A DNA stretch of 64,000 nucleotides from an uncultured Desulfosarcina sp. (GCA_963674945.2 CAXXWQ010000002.1:416001-480000); one strand, 5' to 3'. Counted from the stretch's first letter, positions 1 through 9,689 are shown. The notes: a model not told the origin generated them from the sequence alone. A program made the numbers and translations.

Positions 1-51
1 AAAAATAAATTATCTGCATCTATTAAAAGTTAATTTTATTGGTCACATAAA

Positions 52-1437
52 ATGGCATTAGATCTATTTAGTATATATAATAATACACCAATTTATTTGC
101 AAAATGTTTTTTGCTCTATATATGGTGCTAAATTATTTAAAGAGAGATATTCAGGAAAATGGAAAGAATATTATAATTTTTTATGCAGAACCCAATACCT
201 AAACCCCGAAGAGATATTAAATAATCAGACCATTGCCTTAAAAAACATTTTAAAACATTCAATAAATTTTGTGCCATATTATAAAAAAAATATTGATTTA
301 AAACCAAATGAGATCGATTCTATAAAAGATATTGAATTTATATCAGAATTACCAATTATTGAAAAAAAAAGTATAAGGGAATCATATAAAGATTTTTTGT
401 CCCAAAAATTCAATAGATCATCCTTGATACGTATTGGTACAAGTGGTACAACTGGTACACCACTAACTATATATATAGCTCCTGATGCTAGAAAATTGAA
501 CTATGCTTTTTTCGCCAGGTCAAAAAAATGGGCCGGAATTGAAGGTTTTGAACGTAGTATAACACTTGCAGGTAGACCTATAGTACCCTCATCACAAAAT
601 ACACCACCTTTCTGGAGAAAAAATATTCTTTTTAAAAATTTATTATTTTCTTCATATCATATAAGTGAAAACAATCTTAAATATTATGTAAGTCAGATAA
701 GAAAATATAAGCCAGTGTTTATTGATAGCTATCCATCTAGTATCTATAGAATCGCTGATTATATTATTAAAAATAATATTGAAAATATTAAATTGAAAGC
801 AGTTATTACTTCTGCAGAAACTTTATTAGAGCATCAAAGGGACATTATTGAAAAAGCGTTTCAATGTAAAGTTTTCGACCAATATGGAAGTGCAGAACAA
901 GTTGTGTTCGCCTGTCAGTGTTCTAAAGGGTCATATCATATTAATCCTGAATATGGTTACCTTGAAGTTGTAGACAAAAATAATTGTAAAGTAAAAAATG
1001 GTGAAATAGGAGAGTTTGTTTGTACAGGATTTACTAATTTTGCGATGCCTTTTATTAGATATAAAATAGGTGATAAGGGTATAATTACTAACGAATCATG
1101 TAGTTGTGGAAACAATTTTCCTATTATTAAACAAATTGTTGGAAGAAATGATGATATTTTAATTACTCCTGACAGGAAATATATTGGCCGATTGGATCCC
1201 ATATTCAAAGGCGTTGATAGTTCAATAAAGGAGACTCAGATAATTCAGGAACGTTTAGATTATATTGTCATAAAGCTTGTAAAAACGTCTAATTATAAAG
1301 ATAAGCATGGTCAATTTATTATTAACGAATTGCAAAAACGGATGGGCTACAATATCAATTTTTCAATTCAATATGTAAATTCAATTCCATTAACAAAATC
1401 AGGTAAATTTAGAGCGGTCATTTGTAAAATCGATTAA
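52..1437 (+). CDS. Phenylacetate-CoA ligase family protein (CapK-like, polysaccharide locus)
   Basis: AMP-binding motifs TSGTTGTP, YGSAE, MPFIRYKIGD and GRNDD; C-terminal KSGKFR. Confidence 0.85.
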   Translation: MALDLFSIYNNTPIYLQNVFCSIYGAKLFKERYSGKWKEYYNFLCRTQYLNPEEILNNQTIALKNILKHSINFVPYYKKNIDLKPNEIDSIKDIEFISELPIIEKKSIRESYKDFLSQKFNRSSLIRIGTSGTTGTPLTIYIAPDARKLNYAFFARSKKWAGIEGFERSITLAGRPIVPSSQNTPPFWRKNILFKNLLFSSYHISENNLKYYVSQIRKYKPVFIDSYPSSIYRIADYIIKNNIENIKLKAVITSAETLLEHQRDIIEKAFQCKVFDQYGSAEQVVFACQCSKGSYHINPEYGYLEVVDKNNCKVKNGEIGEFVCTGFTNFAMPFIRYKIGDKGIITNESCSCGNNFPIIKQIVGRNDDILITPDRKYIGRLDPIFKGVDSSIKETQIIQERLDYIVIKLVKTSNYKDKHGQFIINELQKRMGYNINFSIQYVNSIPLTKSGKFRAVICKID

Positions 1438-1497
1438 AACATATGTACGCTAGCATTTTATTATTCCACTTTCAATAATTGTCAATGGGAATGAAAA

Positions 1498-1560
1498 GGG
1501 CGGTGGACCCCAAAAACTGGACAATTTGATAAGCTATAAGTCAGACTAAAATGAAGGAGA
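1498..1560 (+). mobile_element. IS3-family terminal inverted repeat remnant (no transposase)
   Basis: GGTGGACCCCAAAAACTGGACA resembles IS3/IS150-group ends and is followed by an orphan RBS AAGGAG; imperfect inverted partner at 4073-4099. Confidence 0.55.
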
Positions 1561-1562
1561 AT

Positions 1563-1698
1563 CTGATAGCCCTTGCAGGTGCAATGCAATAATGTCCATT
1601 TACGCCTCCCATGAAATCATGGCGACACCTCCCTTCCTGGAAGGAGTCTACCACGGGGTTATTTTTCTGGGTGGTACATTTTTGCATTCCCGCTGAAA
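1563..1698 (-). pseudogene. IS21-family left end plus 5' stub of istA
   Basis: Minus strand: TCAGCGGGAATGCAAAAATGTACCACC end, RBS GGAGG, then MISWEA*MDIIALHLQGLS, which resembles an IstA N-terminus and carries an in-frame stop. Confidence 0.6.
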
Positions 1699-1817
1699 AT
1701 AATATTTATTTGATAGAAGCCTTGTTGTGGTATAACAATTGCAGAAAATCAATAAAATTTGATTATGGTGATTTTGGAATAATAATTTGTATTAAATATT
1801 ACAATGGAGGGTTCGAC

Positions 1818-3851
1818 ATGAATTTATATAAAAAGAAATTTTATACAATCTTTTTTTTATTTGTTGTCCTTTGGTGTTTTCCTGTAGATGTACTAGCAGA
1901 TATATATGTTTCGTGTGGGGGAGGGGTGCTACCTGAAGGTAATGACACGACTGGTACAGGTACGACTGGTAAACCATACAGAACAATTCAAGTTGGAATT
2001 GATGCTTTAAAACAACAGGGGCCTGGAAATATTTTGTATCTTGGCGGCGGGTCATATACTACGATTCCAAGCGGTTCTCCGTGGGAATCAAGAAGAATAT
2101 CGTTTGAGACACTTAACGACGCCACGTCATGGACTAATTCGTACACAATATGCTCATATCCTGGGGAGTGGGCGGTTATAGACGCATCGTCTTATACAGA
2201 AGAAGATAGGATTTTTGTTTTTAACGGTAGCGATTCAAATGGTGGGCAGGGATTTATAGAGTTTTCAAGACTTGAGATAAAGGGTGCACACGCGGCCTTG
2301 TCTTGCGCTGGAATTCGAGGAAGAGGGGGGCCGTATAAATTTAGATACCTTTATATACATGACAATACATGTGACACTGGAGCCACAAACCCAGCCGGTT
2401 TACAACTGGAAAATGGTACTGGTGATTCTATTATTGAGTATTGTTATTTTTACGGAAATGGATATCTCGGTGTAAATGAAAATTCTGCTAATGTGGCTAT
2501 TTTTGGAGATTATTTATATCATTGGGGGGACCAGCAGCTGAATAACATCAGTGGGTTTTCTACTGCCAGGCATAATAATATTGTACGATATAATTTGTTT
2601 GATGGTGGAAATGGAAGTGGTGATCAAAAAACTTCAGTTGGTTTTAAGCATAAGTCAGTTCAATTTTTAGCAAATAATTCGGATAACGAAGGTGTGCCCC
2701 AGGATGTAAATAATTGGAAGGCCGAGGGTGATAATATACACCACAATATATTTTTAAATCATAGTTATGCTGCCATAATAGATAAGGGTGATTTTACACA
2801 AATCCATCACAATATTATTGATTCATATAGCAATACAGCAGAAGGTATTCTGGGGGGGTCAACTACAGATACTCAAAGGCCTCCTTGGAGTCCAGTTGTC
2901 TATAATAATCTGGTCATAAATACACGCGGTGGGGTACATTATTTCAATGGGAGTGGAGATGTTTATACACAAGATTGGATTTTAAATAATATAATTGATG
3001 CAAGTACATACTATTCATTTATACAGGAAATAACGTTTTTTAGATATAATTCTACAGAAACATGGGATATCGACACTTATTTAAAAATAAATAATAACAT
3101 ATTTTATAGGCCGCCAGATACTACACTTATACGAATTTTAGGCAATGACTACACCCTATCGCAAGCAAACAGCAATGCGTGGGCGAGTGATAATTATAGT
3201 TACGAATACAACGAAAGCGATTATTTATATGCTGCTCAAAGTGGAGCGGACAAATATAAGTTAAATTCGGCATATTCAAATTTTAGCACTGTGTCCGCGG
3301 GCGGTGTTGGTGGCGTTCATCCATATCTTACAGGTATTACAATCCCTTCTTATATTGGCGCAGCTAATCCAGATGATAATGATTGGGTAGATGGTGTTTT
3401 GAGTTTAGCAAATGTTTCACAACTTCAGAATGGCGGTTCTGGTGATCCAGATTGGATAGAAGGTGGACAATCCTATAATTGTGATGTTCAAAATGCCACA
3501 GTTAAAGGAAATTTTGAAGAAGACGGAGTCATCGTAGAATGGACAAACCCAGATTGTAGCGATTACAAAGGTGTTGAAATACGAATTAAAGAGGGTAGCC
3601 AATGTGTTGACCATACCGATGGTTACGAGATATATGATGATGAAGAAAGTGGTCAACCGAATATTGCTTATTCGTACGAGTACAAATACGATGAAGACAA
3701 TTTTGTAAAAGGAATACAATATTATTATTCATTTTATACATATAAAGTAGTAGAGAGTGAGCGTATATATTCACATACTGTTGTTATTCCTTTTCCACCT
3801 ACACCTGATACACCAACTAACTTAAAAGTTGTTGATGACAATGGCAATTAG
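1818..3851 (+). CDS. Secreted protein with probable right-handed beta-helix and FN3-like C-terminus (possibly polysaccharide-acting)
   Basis: RBS GGAGG at 1806-1810 before ATG 1818; signal peptide MNLYKKKFYTIFFLFVVLWCFPVDVLA; GND..G.GT..KPYRTIQ start typical of beta-helix proteins; Asn-rich NNII repeats. Confidence 0.65.
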   Translation: MNLYKKKFYTIFFLFVVLWCFPVDVLADIYVSCGGGVLPEGNDTTGTGTTGKPYRTIQVGIDALKQQGPGNILYLGGGSYTTIPSGSPWESRRISFETLNDATSWTNSYTICSYPGEWAVIDASSYTEEDRIFVFNGSDSNGGQGFIEFSRLEIKGAHAALSCAGIRGRGGPYKFRYLYIHDNTCDTGATNPAGLQLENGTGDSIIEYCYFYGNGYLGVNENSANVAIFGDYLYHWGDQQLNNISGFSTARHNNIVRYNLFDGGNGSGDQKTSVGFKHKSVQFLANNSDNEGVPQDVNNWKAEGDNIHHNIFLNHSYAAIIDKGDFTQIHHNIIDSYSNTAEGILGGSTTDTQRPPWSPVVYNNLVINTRGGVHYFNGSGDVYTQDWILNNIIDASTYYSFIQEITFFRYNSTETWDIDTYLKINNNIFYRPPDTTLIRILGNDYTLSQANSNAWASDNYSYEYNESDYLYAAQSGADKYKLNSAYSNFSTVSAGGVGGVHPYLTGITIPSYIGAANPDDNDWVDGVLSLANVSQLQNGGSGDPDWIEGGQSYNCDVQNATVKGNFEEDGVIVEWTNPDCSDYKGVEIRIKEGSQCVDHTDGYEIYDDEESGQPNIAYSYEYKYDEDNFVKGIQYYYSFYTYKVVESERIYSHTVVIPFPPTPDTPTNLKVVDDNGN

Positions 3852-3865
3852 AATAGGAATCTAAA

Positions 3866-3915
3866 AATAATAAATAGCAGTATTTCTGGGTATGGAAATA
3901 CTGCTATTTATTATT
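3866..3915 (+). terminator. Hairpin, probable intrinsic terminator
   Basis: Perfect 21-bp stem AATAATAAATAGCAGTATTTC / GAAATACTGCTATTTATTATT with 8-nt loop, just after the 3851 stop. Confidence 0.75.
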
Positions 3916-4029
3916 GACAAATATAAATTATAAATACAAATTCATAGAATTGTAGATCGTTTGTTGTTTTAGAGGTGTGAGCGACTTTCGCTTTAAAATA
4001 TGAACAATTATTGTGCATTTTACCCCATC

Positions 4030-4099
4030 ACAAAAAACTCCTCTATTTTTTCCTGTCATGAAGCTTACTATATTCTCCAGTTTTTAGGGGCAACCACCC
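4030..4099 (-). mobile_element. IS3-family terminal inverted repeat remnant
   Basis: Minus strand TGGTTGCCCCTAAAAACTGGAGAA followed by orphan RBS GAGGAG; 22/27 match to 1498-1524. Confidence 0.5.
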
Positions 4100-4160
4100 C
4101 CAATTAATGGCTAATGTTAAGAACATAATAGATATCGATTATCAACTTTGACATAATATA

Positions 4161-5183
4161 ATGAATTTTTCTATATTAATTAAAAAGCTTTTTGCCTCTA
4201 TACTGTATTCATCAGGTGTTGTTGAGAAGAGGTTAAAAAACTATTCTGAAAATAAATGTTTGATTTTAATGTATCATCGCATTTTGCCAGAATCAGCAAT
4301 AAATAAATGTATCCAACCTGGTATGTATGTAACACCAGATTCATTTAGAAATCATTTATGTTTTATTAAAAAATATTTTCAAATAGTTACACTTTTAGAC
4401 TTATCTAATAGATTAATTAAAAAAGATGTAGAGGGCAATAATAAACCAATCTGCTCACTTACATTTGATGATGGCTGGAAGGATTTCTATGAATACGCAT
4501 ACCCTGTTTTAAAAGAGTTCAGGATACCTGCTACAGTTTTTTTACCAACTAGCTACATTGGAACAAATCAATGGTTTTGGACGGACCGATTAGCATATAT
4601 ATTATTACAAAGAAGTGAAAGAGAAACTCAAAATAAAATGCAAACTGATCCTGCTTTGCAAGAGATAGAGAACCTTAATGGATCCTTGAAATTTCGATTA
4701 GAAAAGTCAATTGAAATGCTAAAAAAATTTCGTCATGATAGAATTGATAGGCTTCTGAGTGAATTATCAAATAAGTGGTGCAATAGTTCAATAATACCTG
4801 GTCGGGCATTTCTTTCTTGGGAAGAAATTCAAGAGATGCAGGAATCAAAAATTATTACATATGGTTCACATACTTCCAAACATTCCATTCTTACAACTAT
4901 TAGTGCCAATGAAATACAAAAGGAGTTAATAAAATCAAAAGAAAAGCTTATTTTCGAAAATGCAGTTGAGAATGAATTTGTGCCGTTTTGTTATCCAAAC
5001 GGAAATTTTAATGAAGATATTGTTAAGATGGTAGAAAATACAGGTTATAGTATGGCTGTAACCACAACAAACGGTTGGAATAGGATTAATGCAAATCCAT
5101 ATTGTTTAAAAAGAATCGGAATACATCAAGATATGGCGTCGAATTTGACGATGTTTGGTTGTAAAATTACAAAAGTTATTTGA
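4161..5183 (+). CDS. Polysaccharide deacetylase (CE4/NodB family)
   Basis: ILMYHRI, LTFDDG, GSHTSKH and FCYPNG motifs. Confidence 0.9.
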   Translation: MNFSILIKKLFASILYSSGVVEKRLKNYSENKCLILMYHRILPESAINKCIQPGMYVTPDSFRNHLCFIKKYFQIVTLLDLSNRLIKKDVEGNNKPICSLTFDDGWKDFYEYAYPVLKEFRIPATVFLPTSYIGTNQWFWTDRLAYILLQRSERETQNKMQTDPALQEIENLNGSLKFRLEKSIEMLKKFRHDRIDRLLSELSNKWCNSSIIPGRAFLSWEEIQEMQESKIITYGSHTSKHSILTTISANEIQKELIKSKEKLIFENAVENEFVPFCYPNGNFNEDIVKMVENTGYSMAVTTTNGWNRINANPYCLKRIGIHQDMASNLTMFGCKITKVI

Positions 5184-5206
5184 ATATTTAGGATTCAATC
5201 TCATAT

Positions 5207-6307
5207 ATGTTAAATGTCTGTCACATTATTTCTGGTGATCTTTGGGCTGGTGCAGAAGTGATGGCGTTTCAACTATTAAAAGAGCAAAGTAGATGTAAGG
5301 AACTTGATATTTCCGTTGTTTTGCTTAATAAAGGGCGCCTTTACAAAGAAATAAAAAAATTGGGTGTAAAAATTTACTTGATTGATGAAAACCAGCAGTC
5401 GTTTATAGAAGTGCTGATAAAAATGAGGAAGATAATAAGAGAACAATATATTGAAATTATACATTCGCATCGATATAAAGAGAATATCCTTGCGCTTTTT
5501 TCACTAAATCCCTTGTCGAAGAAAAAATTGATTGCAACTCAACATGGTATGGCGGATGTTCAGGTAGGAAAAGTAAAATTAAGGAGCCATTTTATATCCT
5601 GGCTAAATCTATTAATCTTAAAAAGGAAATTTAATATCATTGTAGGGGTTTCCGATGATATTAAAAGACAGTTTGTTGAAAAACACAAAATTAATGAGAA
5701 AACTGTTGATGTAATTCATAATGGTATAGAAATCCCAAAAATTTTGACGAATAGAGATAAATACTCCTATTTTACTATAGGATCTGCCGGACGATTTTTC
5801 CCAATTAAAGATTACTCTTTTTTTATAGAAATCGCTAGGTTGATTAGGGATAATACAGATCAAATACGGTTCAAGCTGGCTGGTGATGGGCCGGATATGG
5901 AAAAACTTCAACAAAAAGTTCGATTATACAATCTCAAGGATTGTTTTGAATTCGTTGGGCACATTGATGATATGGATTATTTTTACCAGGGACTAGATCT
6001 ATATATAAATACTTCCATTCATGAAGGCATTCCAATGAGTATATTGGAAGCCATGGCGTATAAACTACCAATAATTGCGCCAAACGTTGGGGGATTTAAT
6101 GAGATTGTTGATAGCGGAATTGATGGCTATCTGATTGAAATAAGAACGCCTGAACAATTCGCGGAAAAATGTCTATATTTATATGAAAATCGTACATTGA
6201 GTAAAAAAATGGCAGAATCAGCAAGAGAAAAAGTGATCAAAAAGTTTTCCGTGGAAAACATGGCTGAGAAATATTATTCGTTATATAAAAATATTGTATC
6301 TGTTTAA
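5207..6307 (+). CDS. Glycosyltransferase family 4
   Basis: GAE N-terminal motif, VIHNGI, EGIPMSILEAMA (EX7E), NVGG. Confidence 0.92.
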   Translation: MLNVCHIISGDLWAGAEVMAFQLLKEQSRCKELDISVVLLNKGRLYKEIKKLGVKIYLIDENQQSFIEVLIKMRKIIREQYIEIIHSHRYKENILALFSLNPLSKKKLIATQHGMADVQVGKVKLRSHFISWLNLLILKRKFNIIVGVSDDIKRQFVEKHKINEKTVDVIHNGIEIPKILTNRDKYSYFTIGSAGRFFPIKDYSFFIEIARLIRDNTDQIRFKLAGDGPDMEKLQQKVRLYNLKDCFEFVGHIDDMDYFYQGLDLYINTSIHEGIPMSILEAMAYKLPIIAPNVGGFNEIVDSGIDGYLIEIRTPEQFAEKCLYLYENRTLSKKMAESAREKVIKKFSVENMAEKYYSLYKNIVSV

Positions 6308-6324
6308 AGAAATAAGGCAATAAT

Positions 6325-6540
6325 GGGGACAGGTACCAAATGGTTACTGGGGGCTTGGAGCATGGAGGAAGCGGGGAGCAAAAAGTGATGGGTGGTGCGT
6401 GAGTTATAAAACAACGGGGTCAGGTCTACATTCTTGACAAAACATCGTCGCCCTCATTAACACACAGATCCACACAACCCCACACGAACATTAAAAAAAC
6501 TGAAGATGGGAAGGTAAGAAATTTGGAAGCATAGAAAAGG
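6325..6540 (+). repeat. First mosaic spacer (REP-like GGGG[AT]CAGG, GAGC-heptamer, GTGATG, degenerate CACAC and AGAAG modules)
   Basis: ggggacaggtacc 6325; gcttggagcatggag; ggggtcaggtctacattcttgaca 6416-6439; gaagatgggaaggtaagaa. Confidence 0.7.
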
Positions 6541-6584
6541 CCTCTCCGCTTCCTAAGATTTTATAGGCTAAATAGAATAACGCT

Positions 6585-6985
6585 TTACAGCACTCGGGTG
6601 AACTCTGATGCCTCCCTTATGACAGATTCGATATCAGGTTTAGAAGCCGCTACAACTTCATTTATAAGGTGCTTGTGTTCAGGATGACTATTTAAATGTG
6701 GGAAATGTGGTGTGTTGTCATATCTGAAGATCAAATTATTCTGTTCATCTTGAAAATGGTACCTATAACCAAGATGCCGAATGAAATGATCTTCCGCTAT
6801 GGCTGCTTCATTCAGTTCAAGCAAGCAAGCAAGAATCCGTCAATCATGCGAATTCTCAAGCGGATATTGATCCGATCTTCGGTAAGGGCCTCCACATAGT
6901 AGGCTTCAACATATGCATCTTCAAGACTATGAATCACATCATCCAAGTCTGAAATATATTTCTCAAGAGCTGAGTTAAGCAACAT
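6585..6985 (-). pseudogene. DUF6516 (TumE-like) putative toxin, frameshifted at a (CAAG)4 tract
   Basis: ATG 6985 gives MLLNSALEKYI...GFLL, then the frame shifts to ...ELNEAA...YRYHFQD...FRYDNTPH...HPEHKH; removing 8 nt joins the frames. Confidence 0.8.
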
Positions 6986-7205
6986 GGCGAAGCTGCTTTT
7001 CCAATTTTCGATAAATCGCTAAATAATGACGATAATCATTTGCCCATTCAATAAATTCTATTGAATCATCCAGAAGCCCTTTGGAAAATTTGTCATAGAA
7101 GTCCTCGGAAGCCATCTTGTGATTTTTTTCAGACCAACTTAGGCGTTTGGAAAGTGCAACCAAAGCATCAAGGCTTGAATCATATTCAATGCGGTTTTTT
7201 TGCAT
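6975..7205 (-). CDS. Putative antitoxin partner of DUF6516 toxin (TumA-like)
   Basis: Small helical protein with SEDFYDKFSKG.LDD...FIEW motif, overlaps toxin start, RBS GGAGG. Confidence 0.7.
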   Translation of the reverse strand: MQKNRIEYDSSLDALVALSKRLSWSEKNHKMASEDFYDKFSKGLLDDSIEFIEWANDYRHYLAIYRKLEKQLRHVA

Positions 7206-7353
7206 TTGCATGGCCTCCATTTTATTTGAAAACGTCCCGAACATATTAGATCAATATATCAATAACTTACTGTGTTGTCAATTGGAGAATAATAATGGAT
7301 ATGGAACAGCTATGGGGTCAGGCAGGGTAATGAATCCGTTAAATATAATTTTA

Positions 7354-7530
7354 GCCTCTCGCAGAGTTGCAGAGAGCGCAGAGCTAAAGAACAGGTTTGG
7401 GTTGGCTTCGCCAAAAAGAGATATAAACGATTCAGCTACTTTCTTGATTTGATTTCCATCTCAGAAATCAAATGAAACTCCGCGTCTCTGTGTTCTTGAG
7501 CGAAGCGGGCGGGATGAAATAATATGGACC
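7354..7530 (+). repeat. ~176-bp MITE-like element, copy 1
   Basis: CGCAGAG-type left end and CTCCGCGTCTCTGTG...GAGCGAAGCGGGCG right end; near-identical to 7615-7790. Confidence 0.85.
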
Positions 7531-7614
7531 TTAACAGGCTATCCTCCCAAATTATCAAAGCTACTATCAATATACATAGGGAACTGGGTCCCGGATTGTA
7601 AACCAAAAGAATTG

Positions 7615-7790
7615 GCCTCTCGCAGAGTCGCAGAGAGCGCAGAGCTAAAGAACAGGTTTGGGTTGGCTTCGCCAAAAAGAGATATAAACGATTCAGCTAC
7701 TTTCTTGATTTGATTTCCATCTCAGAAATCAAATGAAACTCCGCGTCTCTGTGTTCTCGAGCGAAGCGGGCGAGAGAAATAATATGGGCC
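7615..7790 (+). repeat. ~176-bp MITE-like element, copy 2
   Basis: Direct repeat of 7354-7530 with few substitutions. Confidence 0.85.
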
Positions 7791-7791
7791 T

Positions 7792-8161
7792 AAGCCGTGG
7801 AAACCGTTTCCGGTGAAGAGATCAATGCCTTTCTGAACCGACATCTTGCAAATAGCCAACATGTTCGTACCGATGCACTGCCAGCTATGAACATTATTGA
7901 AGAAGGGTATGAACATGAGAAAAAAGTGACACCCCGGAAGAGGCTTCTAAATGGCTGCCCTTGGTTCACATTGTTATTGGAAATATGAAAACCTTTTTGA
8001 ACGGCACATTTCATGGCGTAACTCACAAATATCTCCAGGAGTACCTGGATGAATTTTGCTACCGTTTTAATCGACGCTTCTGGGAGTCCGAACTCCCATT
8101 TCGTTTGTTGAATGCCTGCATGGCTCATGCACCAGCTACTGGCTGAAAATAGTTAAGAGCC
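7792..8161 (+). pseudogene. IS1595-family (ISXO2-like) transposase 3' fragment, frameshifted, with right end
   Basis: VRTDA..., then in a second frame VHIVIGNMKTFLNGTFHGV..KYLQEYLDEFCYRFNRR; ends in ...AGTTAAGAGCC. Confidence 0.8.
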
Positions 8162-8208
8162 ATTTAAATTAATGTTCCGAAGGGCCGAAATAAGCCCCTT
8201 GTTAAAGG

Positions 8209-8613
8209 TTAATACCAATCTTCGATATTAAGCCCTCTAATACGTTCAAACTCTTTGAGATTATGTGTTACCAGGACACCTTTGTTCGCTAAGGCAGTTC
8301 CAGCAATCAATACATCATATGGACCAATTGGAGTGCCCTGTTTCTCAAGTGTCGCACGAATGTTTGCAGCACATTCTGCTTCATCTGTCCCAAAGGGAAG
8401 GATGCTGGTAATGGATAATAAGGATTGAAGCTGTTTCATACGTTCTTCAGGATAAACTGATTTGGCGATGCCGACCTCCAACTCATAGAGTGCCACTGTT
8501 GGGATTCCGATGCGATTCGGAGGATTTGCCAGCAGAGACTTAGCTACGTTCCCCACTCCTTTGAAAAAGTAAATCAGAGTATTGGTATCCAGGACATACA
8601 TGCTTCCCATCAT
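8209..8613 (-). CDS. vapC: VapC PIN-domain toxin
   Basis: YVLDTN, YELEVG, GTPIGPYDVLIAGTA, LVTHNLKEFERI. Confidence 0.92.
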   Translation of the reverse strand: MMGSMYVLDTNTLIYFFKGVGNVAKSLLANPPNRIGIPTVALYELEVGIAKSVYPEERMKQLQSLLSITSILPFGTDEAECAANIRATLEKQGTPIGPYDVLIAGTALANKGVLVTHNLKEFERIRGLNIEDWY

Positions 8614-8840
8614 ATTTTTTCTCGACTATAATCTTTGCCCATACTATCTCTAATCTCTTCAGCATTTGGCATCTCTTTCCACGCCCCTGCAAGACGTACA
8701 ACATTTTCCGGCCATGTTGTTGCGGTTTTTTCACGAATCAATTCCGCAATCCATTTGCTTTTTGACACACCGTTTTTTTCAATCATATTCAGCATTTTCT
8801 TTTCAGTATGATCGTCGAGGTAGATTGTTACTTGTCCCAT
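8610..8840 (-). CDS. CopG/RHH-type antitoxin
   Basis: MGQVTIYLDD...SKSKWIAELI; directly upstream of vapC. Confidence 0.85.
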   Translation of the reverse strand: MGQVTIYLDDHTEKKMLNMIEKNGVSKSKWIAELIREKTATTWPENVVRLAGAWKEMPNAEEIRDSMGKDYSREKI

Positions 8841-8989
8841 GCTTTCTGCTCCTTTTGAAATGCGATAAAGTATAAGTTAGCATATATGTGGTTAAAGTCA
8901 AGTTCTGTTTCTTAAGGTCAAATCGGGGTCACATTCTTGACAGAACTACCGGGGGGAAGATGTAACACCGCCGCCGAGTGGGCGGTATT

Positions 8990-9157
8990 GATTACTGTTT
9001 ACCGACCGGATCCTGAAAAATGGGTAATTGGACACAAAGGAAGAAAACATCATGAAACCTTTTGAGAAATGCCCTGTCAGATGAAGCATGTAAAAATCCC
9101 CTTGAAGGGGTCATCGGTTCAACCCTGTTGGGTAGCCCGGAATTTGTCACATTCATT
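8990..9157 (+). pseudogene. Degenerate internal fragment resembling a REP-associated tyrosine transposase (RAYT)
   Basis: KNPLEGVIGSTLLGSPEFVTFI resembles the NP...LGS..F segment of long RAYT proteins; REP-like GGGGTCACATTCTTGACA at 8925. Confidence 0.45.
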
Positions 9158-9354
9158 ATCGTATACACGATCCGGTCTTGAAAGCTTAAACGAGCAGAAT
9201 AAAAGCCTTTCAACTGTCCGACCAATTTTTTGCAGGAATAAGGTTCGTGGCATATTTGGTGCTCAAGAATATCTTTGAGTTTGGATTTCAGGCGTGGTGT
9301 GAGTTTATTCACATCTTTTAAAGATTCTTTCGTGAATCTGACTTCATACATCAA
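9155..9354 (-). pseudogene. RelE/YoeB-family toxin, 3'-truncated copy
   Basis: Matches 27312-27566 up to RIVYTI, then runs into unrelated sequence. Confidence 0.85.
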
Positions 9355-9611
9355 GATTCCCCAAAGACGTCATTCATTGAATAGGTGTCGCCATCATTCA
9401 TTTGGTTCACAGATCGGTTCAAACTTTTCAGCATGCCTGGAATTGAAAGAAGTTCAAGGGTTTCAATGAGGCTTTCATATTTTTCTTCAGAGAGCATGAC
9501 AACGGTACCTTTTGGGTGCTGAATTCGAAATATCTGGTGCTTTTCGTTGGCACCTTTCACGATTTCGAAAAAATTACGGCGGGCATCCGTTGCTGATATG
9601 TTGTTTTTCAT
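9351..9611 (-). CDS. Phd/YefM antitoxin (copy 1)
   Basis: SATDARRNFFEIV...VMLSEEKYESLIETLELLSIP; paralog of 27563-27823. Confidence 0.9.
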   Translation of the reverse strand: MKNNISATDARRNFFEIVKGANEKHQIFRIQHPKGTVVMLSEEKYESLIETLELLSIPGMLKSLNRSVNQMNDGDTYSMNDVFGES

Positions 9612-9689
9612 TCTAAACTCCAATAAAAATGTACATTATTACGTACACCATAGGCCTGTGGATGATTTTTGTCAATATTCATATTTTAT

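Noticed and set aside
1611..1817. N-terminal 69 aa of the 746-aa ORF
   Set aside because: Overlaps the IS21 remnant; the RBS and signal peptide point to ATG 1818.
8992..9154. C-terminal extension of the 120-aa RelE ORF
   Set aside because: Read-through into an unrelated fragment; the intact paralog at 27312-27566 shows the true ending.
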